Sequence record: PV660463
Strand: one strand, 5' to 3'
DNA: 64,000 nucleotides
Source: Escherichia phage LF82-41
Below, piece by piece: positions 22,557 through 32,622 of the stretch. Made by a program: the position numbers and the translations under genes. The notes under the pieces are model-generated. The model worked only from the letters and a program-made list of their open reading frames with translations. It searched no databases and was not told the DNA's origin. The stretch's first letter is position 1. Each line of letters begins with the position of its first letter.

Positions 22557-24325
22557 AACCTGAAGAAATGAAATCCATGCGTAGAAATAAGGTCATTGCC
22601 GATAATAAACCACAAAAAGTAGCTGCAACAGCAGCTACCGATTCATTAGAAGCATTGAATGATATTTCATCAAAACTAGACGATGTCCAAGCCGCGTCTG
22701 AACTCACATCACAAAGTGTAGAAGATAAAGGCAATGGAATTATTGAATCAATTGGAGACTTAAAGAATTCGACAGATAATACTGCTGAAGGCACAGAGCT
22801 TATCGCAGAAGTTATTGAAAAACAAACTGAAGTCACTAAAAGTATAAACGAAGTTTCTAGTGCAATAAGCTCTAAGTTAGACCGATTAGCTACATTATTA
22901 GAGCAAAAATTACAAACATCTACCGCTATTCAAAATACAGGAGGCACCTCTCTTGAAGTAATTGAGAATGCGATACCTGTTAAAGTGGTTGAGAACGAAA
23001 CTTCTGATGAGTTGTTTAAAGCATTCCCTACACCTGAAAAGATTGATAATAAGCCAGACGAAGATTTCTTCCCGGCCCCAGTTCAAGAAAGTGCTAATTC
23101 TACTTCCGATTCTAAAGGCGGAATTAGCTTTAAATTGAGCGATAAAATTGCAATGCTCACCAAAACCGTTCAAACCGGGTTTAATAAATCAATATCAATT
23201 TCAGACAGAATTGCTGGAATGCTTTTCAAATACACTATAACGGCTGCTATTGAAGCAGCAAAAATGGCCGCACTTATTCTTGGTATTGTTATCGGTATTG
23301 ATTTATTGATAGTCCATTTCAAATATTGGACAGACAAATTCACTTCTGCCTGGGATTTATTTGATGAAAACTTTACTAAATTCTCCGATGAAGCTAAAGA
23401 GTGGGGTAAATTCTTAAGTGATATATTCACTTCTATTGACTCGATAAAACAATTGTGGGAAGCTGGAGACTGGGGTGGTTTAACCGTTGCTATTGTCAAA
23501 GGTGTAGGAACAGCATTAATGAACTTAGGTGAACTAATTCAATTAGGAATGGCTAAACTCTCCGCGTCTATATTGCGTGCTATAGGTTTTGGCGATACCG
23601 CAGACGAAATAGAAGGACGTGCTTTAGAAGGATTCCAAGAAACTACCGGGAACAAATTAAAGAAAGAAGACCAAGAGAAAGTCGCTAAATATCAAATGAA
23701 GCGTGACGATGGGGAATTAGGAACCGTTTCTAAAGGTCTTGATATGTTACAACGCGGCAAAACATTCGTTACTAACTGGGTTCGTGGTAATGACAATAAA
23801 GAAGAGTTTAGTACAAGCGATGAGCGTGCTGCGGAATCAGCAAAATTAAAAGAGCTACCTGAAGAGGAGCGTAAAGAGGCATATATAAAAGCTAATGAAA
23901 CTCGTGCGGCACTGGTTAGATTTGAGGATTATATCGATAAAATCGATATGACTAATCCAGAAAATGCTAAAAACGTCGAGAAGTCTTATGCTGATTTAAG
24001 TAAACTTATTAAAGACCCTGAACTTAATAAAACTCCTGTTGTTAAAAAGGAAATAGATGCTAGATTTGAAAAGCTAAATAATAAAATGGCTGAAGCCAAA
24101 AAGGCTCAGACAACAGTTAAGCCTGAATCTTCAACTAAATCTCCGGAAGCAAAACAAGTTCAGTCAATAGAGAAAGGACGTGCTTCTGAATCTAAACAAC
24201 AGCAACCGGTAGCGGCGATTAGTAACACAAATAATGTCGTCAAAAAGAATACCGTAGTCCAGAATATGACCCCTGTAACAAGTACAACGGCTCCTGGAAT
24301 TTTCCATGCCACCGGTGTTAATTAA
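22553..24325 (+). CDS. 29: tail length determinator / baseplate hub gp29-like
   Basis: 590 aa; synteny. Confidence 0.85.
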   Translation: MKPEEMKSMRRNKVIADNKPQKVAATAATDSLEALNDISSKLDDVQAASELTSQSVEDKGNGIIESIGDLKNSTDNTAEGTELIAEVIEKQTEVTKSINEVSSAISSKLDRLATLLEQKLQTSTAIQNTGGTSLEVIENAIPVKVVENETSDELFKAFPTPEKIDNKPDEDFFPAPVQESANSTSDSKGGISFKLSDKIAMLTKTVQTGFNKSISISDRIAGMLFKYTITAAIEAAKMAALILGIVIGIDLLIVHFKYWTDKFTSAWDLFDENFTKFSDEAKEWGKFLSDIFTSIDSIKQLWEAGDWGGLTVAIVKGVGTALMNLGELIQLGMAKLSASILRAIGFGDTADEIEGRALEGFQETTGNKLKKEDQEKVAKYQMKRDDGELGTVSKGLDMLQRGKTFVTNWVRGNDNKEEFSTSDERAAESAKLKELPEEERKEAYIKANETRAALVRFEDYIDKIDMTNPENAKNVEKSYADLSKLIKDPELNKTPVVKKEIDARFEKLNNKMAEAKKAQTTVKPESSTKSPEAKQVQSIEKGRASESKQQQPVAAISNTNNVVKKNTVVQNMTPVTSTTAPGIFHATGVN

Positions 24326-24335
24326 AAGGATTATT

Positions 24336-25445
24336 ATGATTAGTGTAAAAGAAATAGTAGTAGATGCAAAGGATTTAAATAAAGCAATCCCAGTCTCAGA
24401 AAGTGCTGGGCAAAGCACTAAAACCGAAACAACTACTAAAACTTATGTTGCTCAATTTCCTACAGGAAGAGCAGCCGGAAATGACTCCACAGGAGACTTC
24501 CAGGTAACAGACCTTTATAAGAATGGATTATTATTTACCGCGTACAATATGTCTGCACGCGATTCAGGATCCCTCAGGAATTTACGTCCGGCATACGCCG
24601 GGACTTCATCTAATGGTATCATATCAGATTTAACTGATAATGTGAAAGATGCAGTGACTAAATTCTCTAATGGGTTGCTTCCTGCTGGAGCTAATAAGTC
24701 TACTATAAATAAAACTCCTGTTGCTAATATACTTTTGCCACGTTCTAAATCTGACGTCGATACAACTTCACATCGTTTTAATGATATCGGTGATAGCCTT
24801 ATTACTAAAGGTGGAGGTACTGCTACAGGTGTTTTAAGTAACATTGCTTCTACTGCAGTCTTTGGTGCATTAGATTCTATTACCCAAGGGCTTATGGCTG
24901 ATAATAACGAACAGATTTATACGACTTCTCGTAGTATGTATGGTGGTGCTGAGAACCGTACTAAAGTCTTTACATGGGATTTAACTCCACGTTCAACTGA
25001 AGACCTTATGGCTATTATAAACATTTACCAGTATTTTAACTATTTCTCATATGGTGAGACCGGTAAATCACAGTACGCCCAAGAGATTAAAAGTTATTTA
25101 GACGAATGGTACCGTTCAACGTTTATTGAGCCTATGACGCCAGATGATGCAGTAAAAAATAAGACATTGTTTGAAAAGATTACTGCGTCATTAACAAATG
25201 TATTAGTTGTAAGCAACCCTACAATTTGGATGGTTAAAAACTTTGGTTATACATCTAAATTTGACGGATTAACTGACGTATTTGGTCCATGTCAAATTCA
25301 AAGCGTACGTTTTGATAAAACTCCAAACGGACAATTTAATGGTCTCGCTGTTGCTCCTAACTTACCATCAACATTTACGTTAGAGATAACAATGCGAGAA
25401 ATTATTACATTAAACCGTTCTTCACTTTATGCGGGGACTTTCTAA
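24336..25445 (+). CDS. 48: baseplate tail tube cap gp48-like
   Basis: ATG at 24336 with AAAGGA RBS just after gene 29 stop; track ORF starts at upstream in-frame ATG 24306. Confidence 0.8.
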   Translation: MISVKEIVVDAKDLNKAIPVSESAGQSTKTETTTKTYVAQFPTGRAAGNDSTGDFQVTDLYKNGLLFTAYNMSARDSGSLRNLRPAYAGTSSNGIISDLTDNVKDAVTKFSNGLLPAGANKSTINKTPVANILLPRSKSDVDTTSHRFNDIGDSLITKGGGTATGVLSNIASTAVFGALDSITQGLMADNNEQIYTTSRSMYGGAENRTKVFTWDLTPRSTEDLMAIINIYQYFNYFSYGETGKSQYAQEIKSYLDEWYRSTFIEPMTPDDAVKNKTLFEKITASLTNVLVVSNPTIWMVKNFGYTSKFDGLTDVFGPCQIQSVRFDKTPNGQFNGLAVAPNLPSTFTLEITMREIITLNRSSLYAGTF

Positions 25446-26407
25446 TGTACTCTTTAGAAGAATTTAATAACCAAGCTATAAATGCAGATTTCCAACGAAA
25501 CAATATGTTTAGTTGTGTATTTGCTACTACGCCATCGACTAAATCATCTTCACTGATTTCGTCAATTGGTAGTTTTGCTTATAATAACTTAGGGTTGGAT
25601 TCTGATTGGTTAGGATTAACTCAAGGTGATATCAATCAGGGCGTAACAACCCTGATTACAGCAGGAACACAGAAATTAATTCGAAAATCAGGTATAAGTA
25701 AATATCTGATTGGAGCAATGAGCCAACGTACGGTACAAAGCTTGTTAGGTGAGTTCACGGTAGGATCTTATCTGATAGACTTCTTCAATATGGCATATAA
25801 TAATACAGGTTTAATGATTTATTCTGTAAAAATGCCTGAGAACCGATTATCTTATGAAACGGATTTCAACTATAACTCCCCGAACATCCGAATTACCGGC
25901 AGAGAAATGGACCCATTAGTAATAAGCTTTAGAATGGATTCCGAAGCATCTAACTTTAGAGCAATGCAAGACTGGGTAAACTCGGTCCAAGACCCTGTAA
26001 CAGGACTTCGCGCTTTACCACAAGACGTCGAAGCAGATATTCAGGTTAATTTACATGCGCGAAATGGGTTACCGCATACAGCTGTCATGTTCACTGGATG
26101 TATTCCTGTTAGTGTCTCTTCTCCTGAGTTAACGTATGATGGTGATAATCAGATAACAGTTTTTGATGTAACATTTGCTTATCGCGTTATGCAATCAGGT
26201 GCTGTAAATAGACAGGCTGCTTTAGAATGGCTGGAATCAGGACTTATTAGTAGTGTTTCAGGAATGTTTGGGAATAATCAAAATGATTCTGGGCTAGGAA
26301 GTGCAGTATCAAGACTTTCTAGATTAGGTGGGACCGCTGGAGGTGTGTCTAATATAAACACATTGACAGGTGTGGTGAATTCTGCATCAAGAGTTTTAGG
26401 TCTATAA
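25445..26407 (+). CDS. 54: baseplate tail tube initiator gp54-like
   Basis: 320 aa; synteny. Confidence 0.85.
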   Translation: MYSLEEFNNQAINADFQRNNMFSCVFATTPSTKSSSLISSIGSFAYNNLGLDSDWLGLTQGDINQGVTTLITAGTQKLIRKSGISKYLIGAMSQRTVQSLLGEFTVGSYLIDFFNMAYNNTGLMIYSVKMPENRLSYETDFNYNSPNIRITGREMDPLVISFRMDSEASNFRAMQDWVNSVQDPVTGLRALPQDVEADIQVNLHARNGLPHTAVMFTGCIPVSVSSPELTYDGDNQITVFDVTFAYRVMQSGAVNRQAALEWLESGLISSVSGMFGNNQNDSGLGSAVSRLSRLGGTAGGVSNINTLTGVVNSASRVLGL

Positions 26408-26414
26408 GAAAAAA

Positions 26415-26431
26415 GGGAGACGTTGTCTCCC
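26415..26431. terminator. bidirectional terminator between gene 54 and alt.-1
   Basis: GGGAGAC-gtt-GTCTCCC followed by TTTAGGGGTTTATTT. Confidence 0.6.
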
Positions 26432-26440
26432 TTTAGGGGT

Positions 26441-26734
26441 TTATTTACGGAATGAAAGGAATGCTGGTGCTCGGAACGGAGTATCATCTTTAGAGTATTT
26501 AACTAATACGACCATTGGTACCTCTGTTTCTAAATGACCTGTCAGTACACCGATAAAAATTTGATCAGTGTGTTCAGGGTCACGAAAGTTTTTAAGAGGT
26601 TCCATAGCAATATGGAATGCACCTGGGAATACTCGATTCAATTCGTCAATCACAGCTTCGTTAAAAACATCATCCGCTGGGATAGCATCTTCAACTACTA
26701 GTTCTTGACCATTAAAGCGAAGCATAGATTTCAT
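26441..26734 (-). CDS. hypothetical protein (alt.-1 position), 97 aa
   Basis: ATG at 26734 with GAGGAA RBS downstream of an early promoter; track start 26806 is TTG inside the promoter. Confidence 0.5.
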   Translation of the reverse strand: MKSMLRFNGQELVVEDAIPADDVFNEAVIDELNRVFPGAFHIAMEPLKNFRDPEHTDQIFIGVLTGHLETEVPMVVLVKYSKDDTPFRAPAFLSFRK

Positions 26735-26763
26735 AACGTTTTCCTCATGTTGTTGATGGGATG

Positions 26764-26793
26764 ATAGTATCACACATCCATGTGCTTGTAAAC
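26764..26793 (-). promoter_or_regulatory. early promoter GTTTAC-N18-TACTAT between alt and alt.-1
   Basis: Same architecture and conserved leader as other cassette copies. Confidence 0.55.
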
Positions 26794-28880
26794 TATCCTT
26801 GAACAAATTTAAACGGAACCGATTCCAAATCCATTAAAGATGCTAACAGTTTCAATCCTTTAGGAGCACTAGTTTTTTCTACAAATGAGGAGAACGATAC
26901 CGGCTCATCTGATTCGATTTCACCCGTCATAGCAACCACCTCGCCTGTTTCCATGAGAACATCACCATCGTAAATGACAGCTTCATCCAACTGGTCTGAG
27001 GACATGACTTCAGCTTGAATAAATTTAAGGTTGGATTCTAAACCTGCACCAGTGTCAGATGACGCATCTGTAATTTTATTTATCTGCAAGAGAATGCCTC
27101 TAGGCAAAATAATTTCTTGCTCATTAGGGTGATTACTCAACTGTCCTGGATAAATCACGTTAACTTTATGGGCGCCATCAATAGCCCATCCAACGTTAAC
27201 ACGGATTTGTTCTGGTGCATGCATAGCTGTTCTTACTTGACTAGGAGAAATAGTAACACCTTCGTCATTATTGTCAATGTTAAGCTCTTTGCGAACTTCT
27301 TCAGGAGCAAGTCCAAGGGCAACGTTCTCTTTAAACCCACCGAAAATAATAGGAGCTAGTGAAGTGGAAACATAGTTTCTGAAGTAGAATACCTTATTTT
27401 TAACCATTGCTTCGTAAATAGGCATTCTGATAGACTGAGCTCTATATAACGTTAGTCCTTCAGGTAAACGGTCTCCATTTAAAAACGCCGAATCAAGACC
27501 ATCAATAGCGCGTTTAACTTCATCTTCATCTGCAACATCGTAAAAATCTGGTTTATAACGACCTAACAACATATTATTGATATCGGTATACGCAGAAGAG
27601 GCATATTCACGAATAGCTCGTTTTTCAGCAACAGAGTATTGTTTAGGGTCCCGATTCATTGTTATATTAAAGGTGCCTCTAGCCGATTCTCGGGCATAAG
27701 TATACATCACATTAGACAAGAACGCTGATTTACGTTGTTTCCAAGTTCTTTCAGATACTTCAGCTAAAACGTCGTCAGGCAGTTGGAAATTATCACGTCT
27801 AAAATCTTCAAACCATTCGTCTCTAATAGAGTCTGCAATTTCGTTTGCAGCTTCAACAAAAGCGGCTAATGCTTTAACAGATGTTGTTTTTTCAGTTTTA
27901 ATTTTCTTAGCAAACTTTTCTAAAGTCGGCTTAATAACACTACCATAAGAAACTTCATCAGCAAATTTAAAGGATTCATCAATACGATTATAAATCTTAT
28001 TTTCGATATCAGCAACTAAAGTGCCTTTTGCTGTGGACGATGCTTGGGCTAGTACAATTTCATATGCTTCAGGAAGTAATTCGGCTGTAGCTGGGCCACT
28101 AACTTCTTTAGCAGAATTTTCGTATTTCTGGAATAACTCACCTTCTTGTCGGTCAGCTTCTAAAGATTGGCTTGCTGCAATAGCACGACGAGAAATTTTA
28201 GTACGAGCAATAACAGGCTTATCTTTACGTTTTTCTTCTACAGCAGCAATAGAACCAGCGATAGCCGTTTCTTTGGTGACCTTTTCACCAGTCTTTTTAC
28301 TCACATAAACTTCGCCAACATCAGAATCTACTTTCGTGTACAACTCTGTGTTAATGTTAGGGATGCCTTTAATATCTTCAATGTTGGCATTTTTACGAAC
28401 CATCATCACATAGGTGTGTTTACCTGTGAATTGATACATTGCCGACAATACTTTAAAACGACCACCAGTTTTAGTAGAAACTAAACGAGCAAGAAGAGTT
28501 TGAAGTTGTTGTCCACGTCCTTTCAATTTCTTGGTAGGGAATCGGAACAGAACTGCATCCATACGAAGAGCTTTAACCTGTTCATACACTGTATTGAAAA
28601 TGGTGTTGATTGCATCAATAGGAGCAGGACCAAGGCCATTTTTCAATTCAGCGAGATTACCCTTTTCAGACAGACTCATAATAACGACATGAGCGTATTT
28701 GTCACCAAGTTTAACTTGTTTTACAGCATCGCCTTCGGAAAGGTAAGAGAATAAACGAACTACGATGTTTGTATCGATATCACCAATTTTCCAGACTTGT
28801 GGAACTTTAGCTTTAGGGTTCAAATTGACGACAGGAAGACTGCCTTCAGATTCAAACACTTCATTTAATTGTTCAGACAT
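26793..28880 (-). CDS. alt: Alt ADP-ribosyltransferase
   Basis: 695 aa; T4 Alt-like size and position between 54 and 30. Confidence 0.85.
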   Translation of the reverse strand: MSEQLNEVFESEGSLPVVNLNPKAKVPQVWKIGDIDTNIVVRLFSYLSEGDAVKQVKLGDKYAHVVIMSLSEKGNLAELKNGLGPAPIDAINTIFNTVYEQVKALRMDAVLFRFPTKKLKGRGQQLQTLLARLVSTKTGGRFKVLSAMYQFTGKHTYVMMVRKNANIEDIKGIPNINTELYTKVDSDVGEVYVSKKTGEKVTKETAIAGSIAAVEEKRKDKPVIARTKISRRAIAASQSLEADRQEGELFQKYENSAKEVSGPATAELLPEAYEIVLAQASSTAKGTLVADIENKIYNRIDESFKFADEVSYGSVIKPTLEKFAKKIKTEKTTSVKALAAFVEAANEIADSIRDEWFEDFRRDNFQLPDDVLAEVSERTWKQRKSAFLSNVMYTYARESARGTFNITMNRDPKQYSVAEKRAIREYASSAYTDINNMLLGRYKPDFYDVADEDEVKRAIDGLDSAFLNGDRLPEGLTLYRAQSIRMPIYEAMVKNKVFYFRNYVSTSLAPIIFGGFKENVALGLAPEEVRKELNIDNNDEGVTISPSQVRTAMHAPEQIRVNVGWAIDGAHKVNVIYPGQLSNHPNEQEIILPRGILLQINKITDASSDTGAGLESNLKFIQAEVMSSDQLDEAVIYDGDVLMETGEVVAMTGEIESDEPVSFSSFVEKTSAPKGLKLLASLMDLESVPFKFVQG

Positions 28881-28900
28881 AGTGTTTTCCTTTTAGTAAT

Positions 28901-28908
28901 AATTTATA
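28901..28908 (-). promoter_or_regulatory. late-promoter-like variant TATAAATT upstream of alt
   Basis: 7/8 match to TATAAATA, 20 nt upstream of alt ATG. Confidence 0.3.
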
Positions 28909-28920
28909 TTTATGCCAAAA

Positions 28921-28936
28921 AGAGCCCGAAGGCTCT
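28921..28936 (-). terminator. terminator upstream of alt
   Basis: AGAGCC-CGAA-GGCTCT; minus-strand continuation TTTTTGG. Confidence 0.6.
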
Positions 28937-29124
28937 TAATCCACAATCGGAAGCAAAGTACGATAAACTTCAAAATTAGGGCCTTTTTCGTACTTATCAA
29001 AATTGTCCATAAAAATATTATAAGAATCGTTATTAGGAAAATCTAATATAATCTGAGAGCAAGAGGTGGAAACATCTCCACCGTCCTTCTTAGCTACAAT
29101 AACTGTTTCTAAATAAGCTTTCAT
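28936..29124 (-). CDS. hypothetical small protein, 62 aa
   Basis: ATG at 29124 overlaps gene 30 stop (TAATG); track start 29145 is GTG. Confidence 0.45.
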   Translation of the reverse strand: MKAYLETVIVAKKDGGDVSTSCSQIILDFPNNDSYNIFMDNFDKYEKGPNFEVYRTLLPIVD

Positions 29125-30617
29125 TATAAACCTGTCTGGGACCACGGTCCAAATACGTCTTCAAATGAATCCGCTTCTGTTTTATCAAAACGGAACCCTT
29201 TAATAATTGGAAGGAAAATACCTACAGTACCTTCACGGCCTTTAGAATGAACCCAACCATTACATTCGCAATCAGCAATACGTCCAATCAATTTACCTTC
29301 ACGAGCTTCAGCCATTAATCGTTCACGGTCTAAATCATGACGTTCATCTAAAGGAATAAGAACCTTTACACCATCAACTGTTTTATGAGTTGTATCTTTA
29401 AACCCTGAACCACAATCGGTTGTAATACGACGACAACGTGATACGAGTTCGACACCACCTAATTTGTTAGGGTCTTTAGAGTGTTCATAGTATCCTACAA
29501 CTTCTAAAGCGATATCAATAACTTCTTTAAATTTAATTAGGTTCTTAGAGCGTTTGTTTTCCCAGTATGAATCACGGTTTTTAAGGATAATACCTTCAAG
29601 ACCTTGGTCAACATATTTTTTATAAACCACTTTAGCTTCGTCAAGATTACGAACTAACTGATTTTCAATTGGCTCAATTCGCTTAAAGCCTTCAGCCATA
29701 TTTTCAAGAGCAGCAAAACGAACATCGTATTTCTGACCTTTAATTTTGCCATCAGAATAGACTTCATCTAAAGGAACATAGTCCCAGGCTTGAAGAACCA
29801 TACCTTCAGCTTCTTTAGGAGAAATAGTCCCTTGAAGAGATTTATTTGCTAAACCATTTGAAGTGCTACGGTCTGCAACTTGTACTTCTTCGGATTCTTC
29901 ATTATCACCAAATAAGAACGACAGGTCATTTCCTGAGCTCACAGCCTTTTTAATATCAAATGAATGATAAACTAATTCACCGTCGATTAAAACCCCATTA
30001 GGGTGTCTTTCGCGAGCTTCTTTAGTCATTTCCATTAGTTCATCTGCTAATAGGGTAAGACCATGGTATTCATTACCAGCACGAGAAAAGAATTGAACAC
30101 CATCATCGCGAACTTCAGCGAAACAACGAGCACCATCTGCTTTTAATTGGGCAAATGCGGGCCATTTAATATTTTTAGTAATCAATTTCTCATCATATGC
30201 AGATGCTAACATCTGTGGTTGCAATTGAATAAGTCCAGGCCACACCTTATTCGCGATAGACACTGAAGCACCTACTTCAAGGTCGCGCATCATTACACGA
30301 CGAAGGACTTCTACATCATCAGGTTTACCATCAGCGATATAACCCATGAGCTCTTTAATTGCCGCATTACCAGTGAGTTTACGAGTGGCTAATGTGAACT
30401 CAATAAAATCCAACATGTCATCTAATTCAAGAAGACCATACGCTTGAGACCTTTCACCTGGTCCTGGCCATTTCTTAATATAATACTGGATACCACGTGC
30501 ATATGTTAAACGATACACACGTTCAAGTAATTTGTTGTCCTTATTTTTCTTAAGGATTTCCTGTTTTGTTTTAGTAGAACCGATCGCAGCTATTTGGTTT
30601 AAAATATCTAAAATCAT
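29124..30617 (-). CDS. 30: ATP-dependent DNA ligase (gp30)
   Basis: 497 aa; N-terminus MILDILNQIAAIGSTKTKQ and KADGAR adenylation motif match T4 DNA ligase as recalled. Confidence 0.95.
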   Translation of the reverse strand: MILDILNQIAAIGSTKTKQEILKKNKDNKLLERVYRLTYARGIQYYIKKWPGPGERSQAYGLLELDDMLDFIEFTLATRKLTGNAAIKELMGYIADGKPDDVEVLRRVMMRDLEVGASVSIANKVWPGLIQLQPQMLASAYDEKLITKNIKWPAFAQLKADGARCFAEVRDDGVQFFSRAGNEYHGLTLLADELMEMTKEARERHPNGVLIDGELVYHSFDIKKAVSSGNDLSFLFGDNEESEEVQVADRSTSNGLANKSLQGTISPKEAEGMVLQAWDYVPLDEVYSDGKIKGQKYDVRFAALENMAEGFKRIEPIENQLVRNLDEAKVVYKKYVDQGLEGIILKNRDSYWENKRSKNLIKFKEVIDIALEVVGYYEHSKDPNKLGGVELVSRCRRITTDCGSGFKDTTHKTVDGVKVLIPLDERHDLDRERLMAEAREGKLIGRIADCECNGWVHSKGREGTVGIFLPIIKGFRFDKTEADSFEDVFGPWSQTGL

Positions 30618-30883
30618 TTGATGTCCTCGATTTTGGTTACGGTTCTATTATAAGCCACTTCATCTAGAAGCGATTTCAGCGTTTTCTGATAAGTGGTAAT
30701 CCATTTACCGAGTCCTTCAACATAGTATTCTGAAATGTAGATGAACCCTTGTTCAACACACTCTTTAAATATTTCTGCGTCTTTTACTGAACGAAACAAT
30801 GGCCAGTCTCGAAAGAACATGTTAACGTGACCGTAGTCACGTGTGGTGTTTTTGCCATCTGTAATATCATGAACTACAAACAT
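30614..30883 (-). CDS. hypothetical protein (30.1 position)
   Basis: ORF-track ORF 89 aa; 4-nt overlap with gene 30. Confidence 0.55.
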   Translation of the reverse strand: MFVVHDITDGKNTTRDYGHVNMFFRDWPLFRSVKDAEIFKECVEQGFIYISEYYVEGLGKWITTYQKTLKSLLDEVAYNRTVTKIEDIK

Positions 30884-30892
30884 AAGTATCCC

Positions 30893-31717
30893 TTAACAAT
30901 TTATAGACCAAGTCCATTTAGACGAATCTAAAGGAAAGTTTTGAATCGTCCACCACGGCTGCATATCAGTTGGTCCTGGGGTTCGCCAGGTATATGGAGT
31001 ACGTGTTGTCGAGGGGCCACCAATTTGATTAGGCCATGCACCTGGACTTGTTGCACCAGATTCTTTAAGCAAATCCGCCAATCGTTTTAAAAGGTCTTCA
31101 CGATCTGAATCTGAATTATTCTTAGGCAGAACCAAACGAGATTCAATATCATCCCACGTGTGTACACGTTGTGCAGTGCGAGGAATATCATCACGTTCAC
31201 CACGAGCCATCCAATAAATCGGTACATTAAGAATTTCTGCCGCATGGTCACAGTGATGAGCTAAATCGTCAACGTAACAAATCACGTTGTATTTTGTTTT
31301 AGCTAGTTCGAATAATTGTTCCTTTGAAGAATCATGACCACACATCATTACTTCAGAGAAAGCGCCTGGGAACAAAGCATTCAAATTAAATTGTCTATTC
31401 AATCGAGCATCAATTGAATCACCTAGCGCCGTCACGGCTACAAAATTATAGTCTTCTTTTAGTTTATTGATAACTCGAAGAGCATCCGAATAAGGCGCTA
31501 AGTAACGAATAAAATCAGAGCTATTATATTTTTCTATTAATTGTTTACCGAGGTTATCATCGGTATTGAATAGTTTACCAGGAGAAATAAATTTTTCGTC
31601 CTGAATCATTTTTAAAATATGTTCTAATGGAAGATTATATTTTTGGGCAAAATAAGGAAGTCCAGATTGCCAACTTAAACATACACCATCAATATCAGTC
31701 AAAATAGTAGGCTTCAT
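30893..31717 (-). CDS. HAD-superfamily hydrolase-like protein (30.2 position)
   Basis: 274 aa; N-terminal DIDGV (HAD motif I-like) and later VDD motif; Trp/Pro-rich C-terminal tail. Confidence 0.65.
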   Translation of the reverse strand: MKPTILTDIDGVCLSWQSGLPYFAQKYNLPLEHILKMIQDEKFISPGKLFNTDDNLGKQLIEKYNSSDFIRYLAPYSDALRVINKLKEDYNFVAVTALGDSIDARLNRQFNLNALFPGAFSEVMMCGHDSSKEQLFELAKTKYNVICYVDDLAHHCDHAAEILNVPIYWMARGERDDIPRTAQRVHTWDDIESRLVLPKNNSDSDREDLLKRLADLLKESGATSPGAWPNQIGGPSTTRTPYTWRTPGPTDMQPWWTIQNFPLDSSKWTWSINC

Positions 31718-32181
31718 AAAGAGTCTCTTAATAGGTTTAACACATCAACAAATTCAGTTTCGGTTAGTATTGTATCATCTTTTGTTAGGTGGCTAGCCAT
31801 GCTGTGCTTCAAAATTTTTCCTTTAGAGGCTTGTAAGGCATCACGAAATCCCTTATTTTGGATCGCTGCTTCAAAATATGCATTTGTGTATAATTCTTTC
31901 CACGCTTCAGAGTATCTTGAAAATGGAACTCCTAACCAGAAGAGAGTCCCATGGTCCTGAGCTCTTGCATAAGACCTTCCAGCTTGCTGTGCGGCCAGTC
32001 CTGACAGCCCAAATATACGTCTTTGTTGTTCAACATTTTTCACCTTACATCCTTGGAGAAATCCTTCAAGACCTCCGAATTGAATACCATCCATAACGAA
32101 AGGCCACTGGGCAAAATTACTTAATGCACATGACGGCCATCTAAAATTGCTTCTAATCTCTAACTCAGACATCTTTAACAC
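31714..32181 (-). CDS. NADAR/YbiA-like (DUF1768-like) protein (30.3 position)
   Basis: 155 aa; ALSNFAQWPFVMDG...EGFLQGCK resembles NADAR hallmark motifs (SNF, DG, E-x-[FY]-x-Q-x-x-K). Confidence 0.65.
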   Translation of the reverse strand: MLKMSELEIRSNFRWPSCALSNFAQWPFVMDGIQFGGLEGFLQGCKVKNVEQQRRIFGLSGLAAQQAGRSYARAQDHGTLFWLGVPFSRYSEAWKELYTNAYFEAAIQNKGFRDALQASKGKILKHSMASHLTKDDTILTETEFVDVLNLLRDSL

Positions 32182-32380
32182 TTATAATTTCAACATCAGC
32201 CCAATGACCATAAGCCGGTAGACGGTCTTTGATAGATAAATTTCCGTCATTTTTAGGTAGTTTAATCGATGTGATATACGGTTCTAAATGGTCTTCTGTA
32301 TGCGGAGAAACATCTGTCACACGATAAGTAACTTCAACCATTTCCGTACCAAACAATTTCTGGATTAGTTTATTCAACAT
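32165..32380 (-). CDS. hypothetical protein
   Basis: ORF-track ORF 71 aa in compact early operon. Confidence 0.5.
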   Translation of the reverse strand: MLNKLIQKLFGTEMVEVTYRVTDVSPHTEDHLEPYITSIKLPKNDGNLSIKDRLPAYGHWADVEIISVKDV

Positions 32381-32567
32381 GTTTCAACCCTTTAATAGGA
32401 GATAACTCTTTACCCATACGTATGTCAGAAGTCCAATCAACCCATTGAACAGCATACGCTTCATTGATAATTCCAGCGGCGGTTTTAAATTCAGGGAGAA
32501 CTTTAAAAATCACCCCAGGAATTCCAACACCTTTTAATTGGACTGTTTGTGCTATTAAAAATTTCAT
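32370..32567 (-). CDS. hypothetical protein
   Basis: ORF-track ORF 65 aa; ATG at 32567; promoter-like element upstream. Confidence 0.5.
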   Translation of the reverse strand: MKFLIAQTVQLKGVGIPGVIFKVLPEFKTAAGIINEAYAVQWVDWTSDIRMGKELSPIKGLKHVE

Positions 32568-32591
32568 ATTTTTCCACTTACTAAAGAAATC

Positions 32592-32622
32592 ATTATACTC
32601 TAATCCGTCCTTGGATGTAAAC
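32592..32622 (-). promoter_or_regulatory. early-promoter-like GTTTAC-N19-TATAAT
   Basis: Perfect hexamers but 19-nt spacer; upstream of ORF 32370-32567. Confidence 0.35.

Noticed and set aside
26735-26806. Longer N-terminal extensions of several track ORFs (e.g. 26806, 29145, 35626, 43947, 46649, 63448)
   Set aside because: These starts are TTG or GTG and often lie inside promoters or the upstream gene; an in-frame ATG with a Shine-Dalgarno sequence lies downstream in each case.
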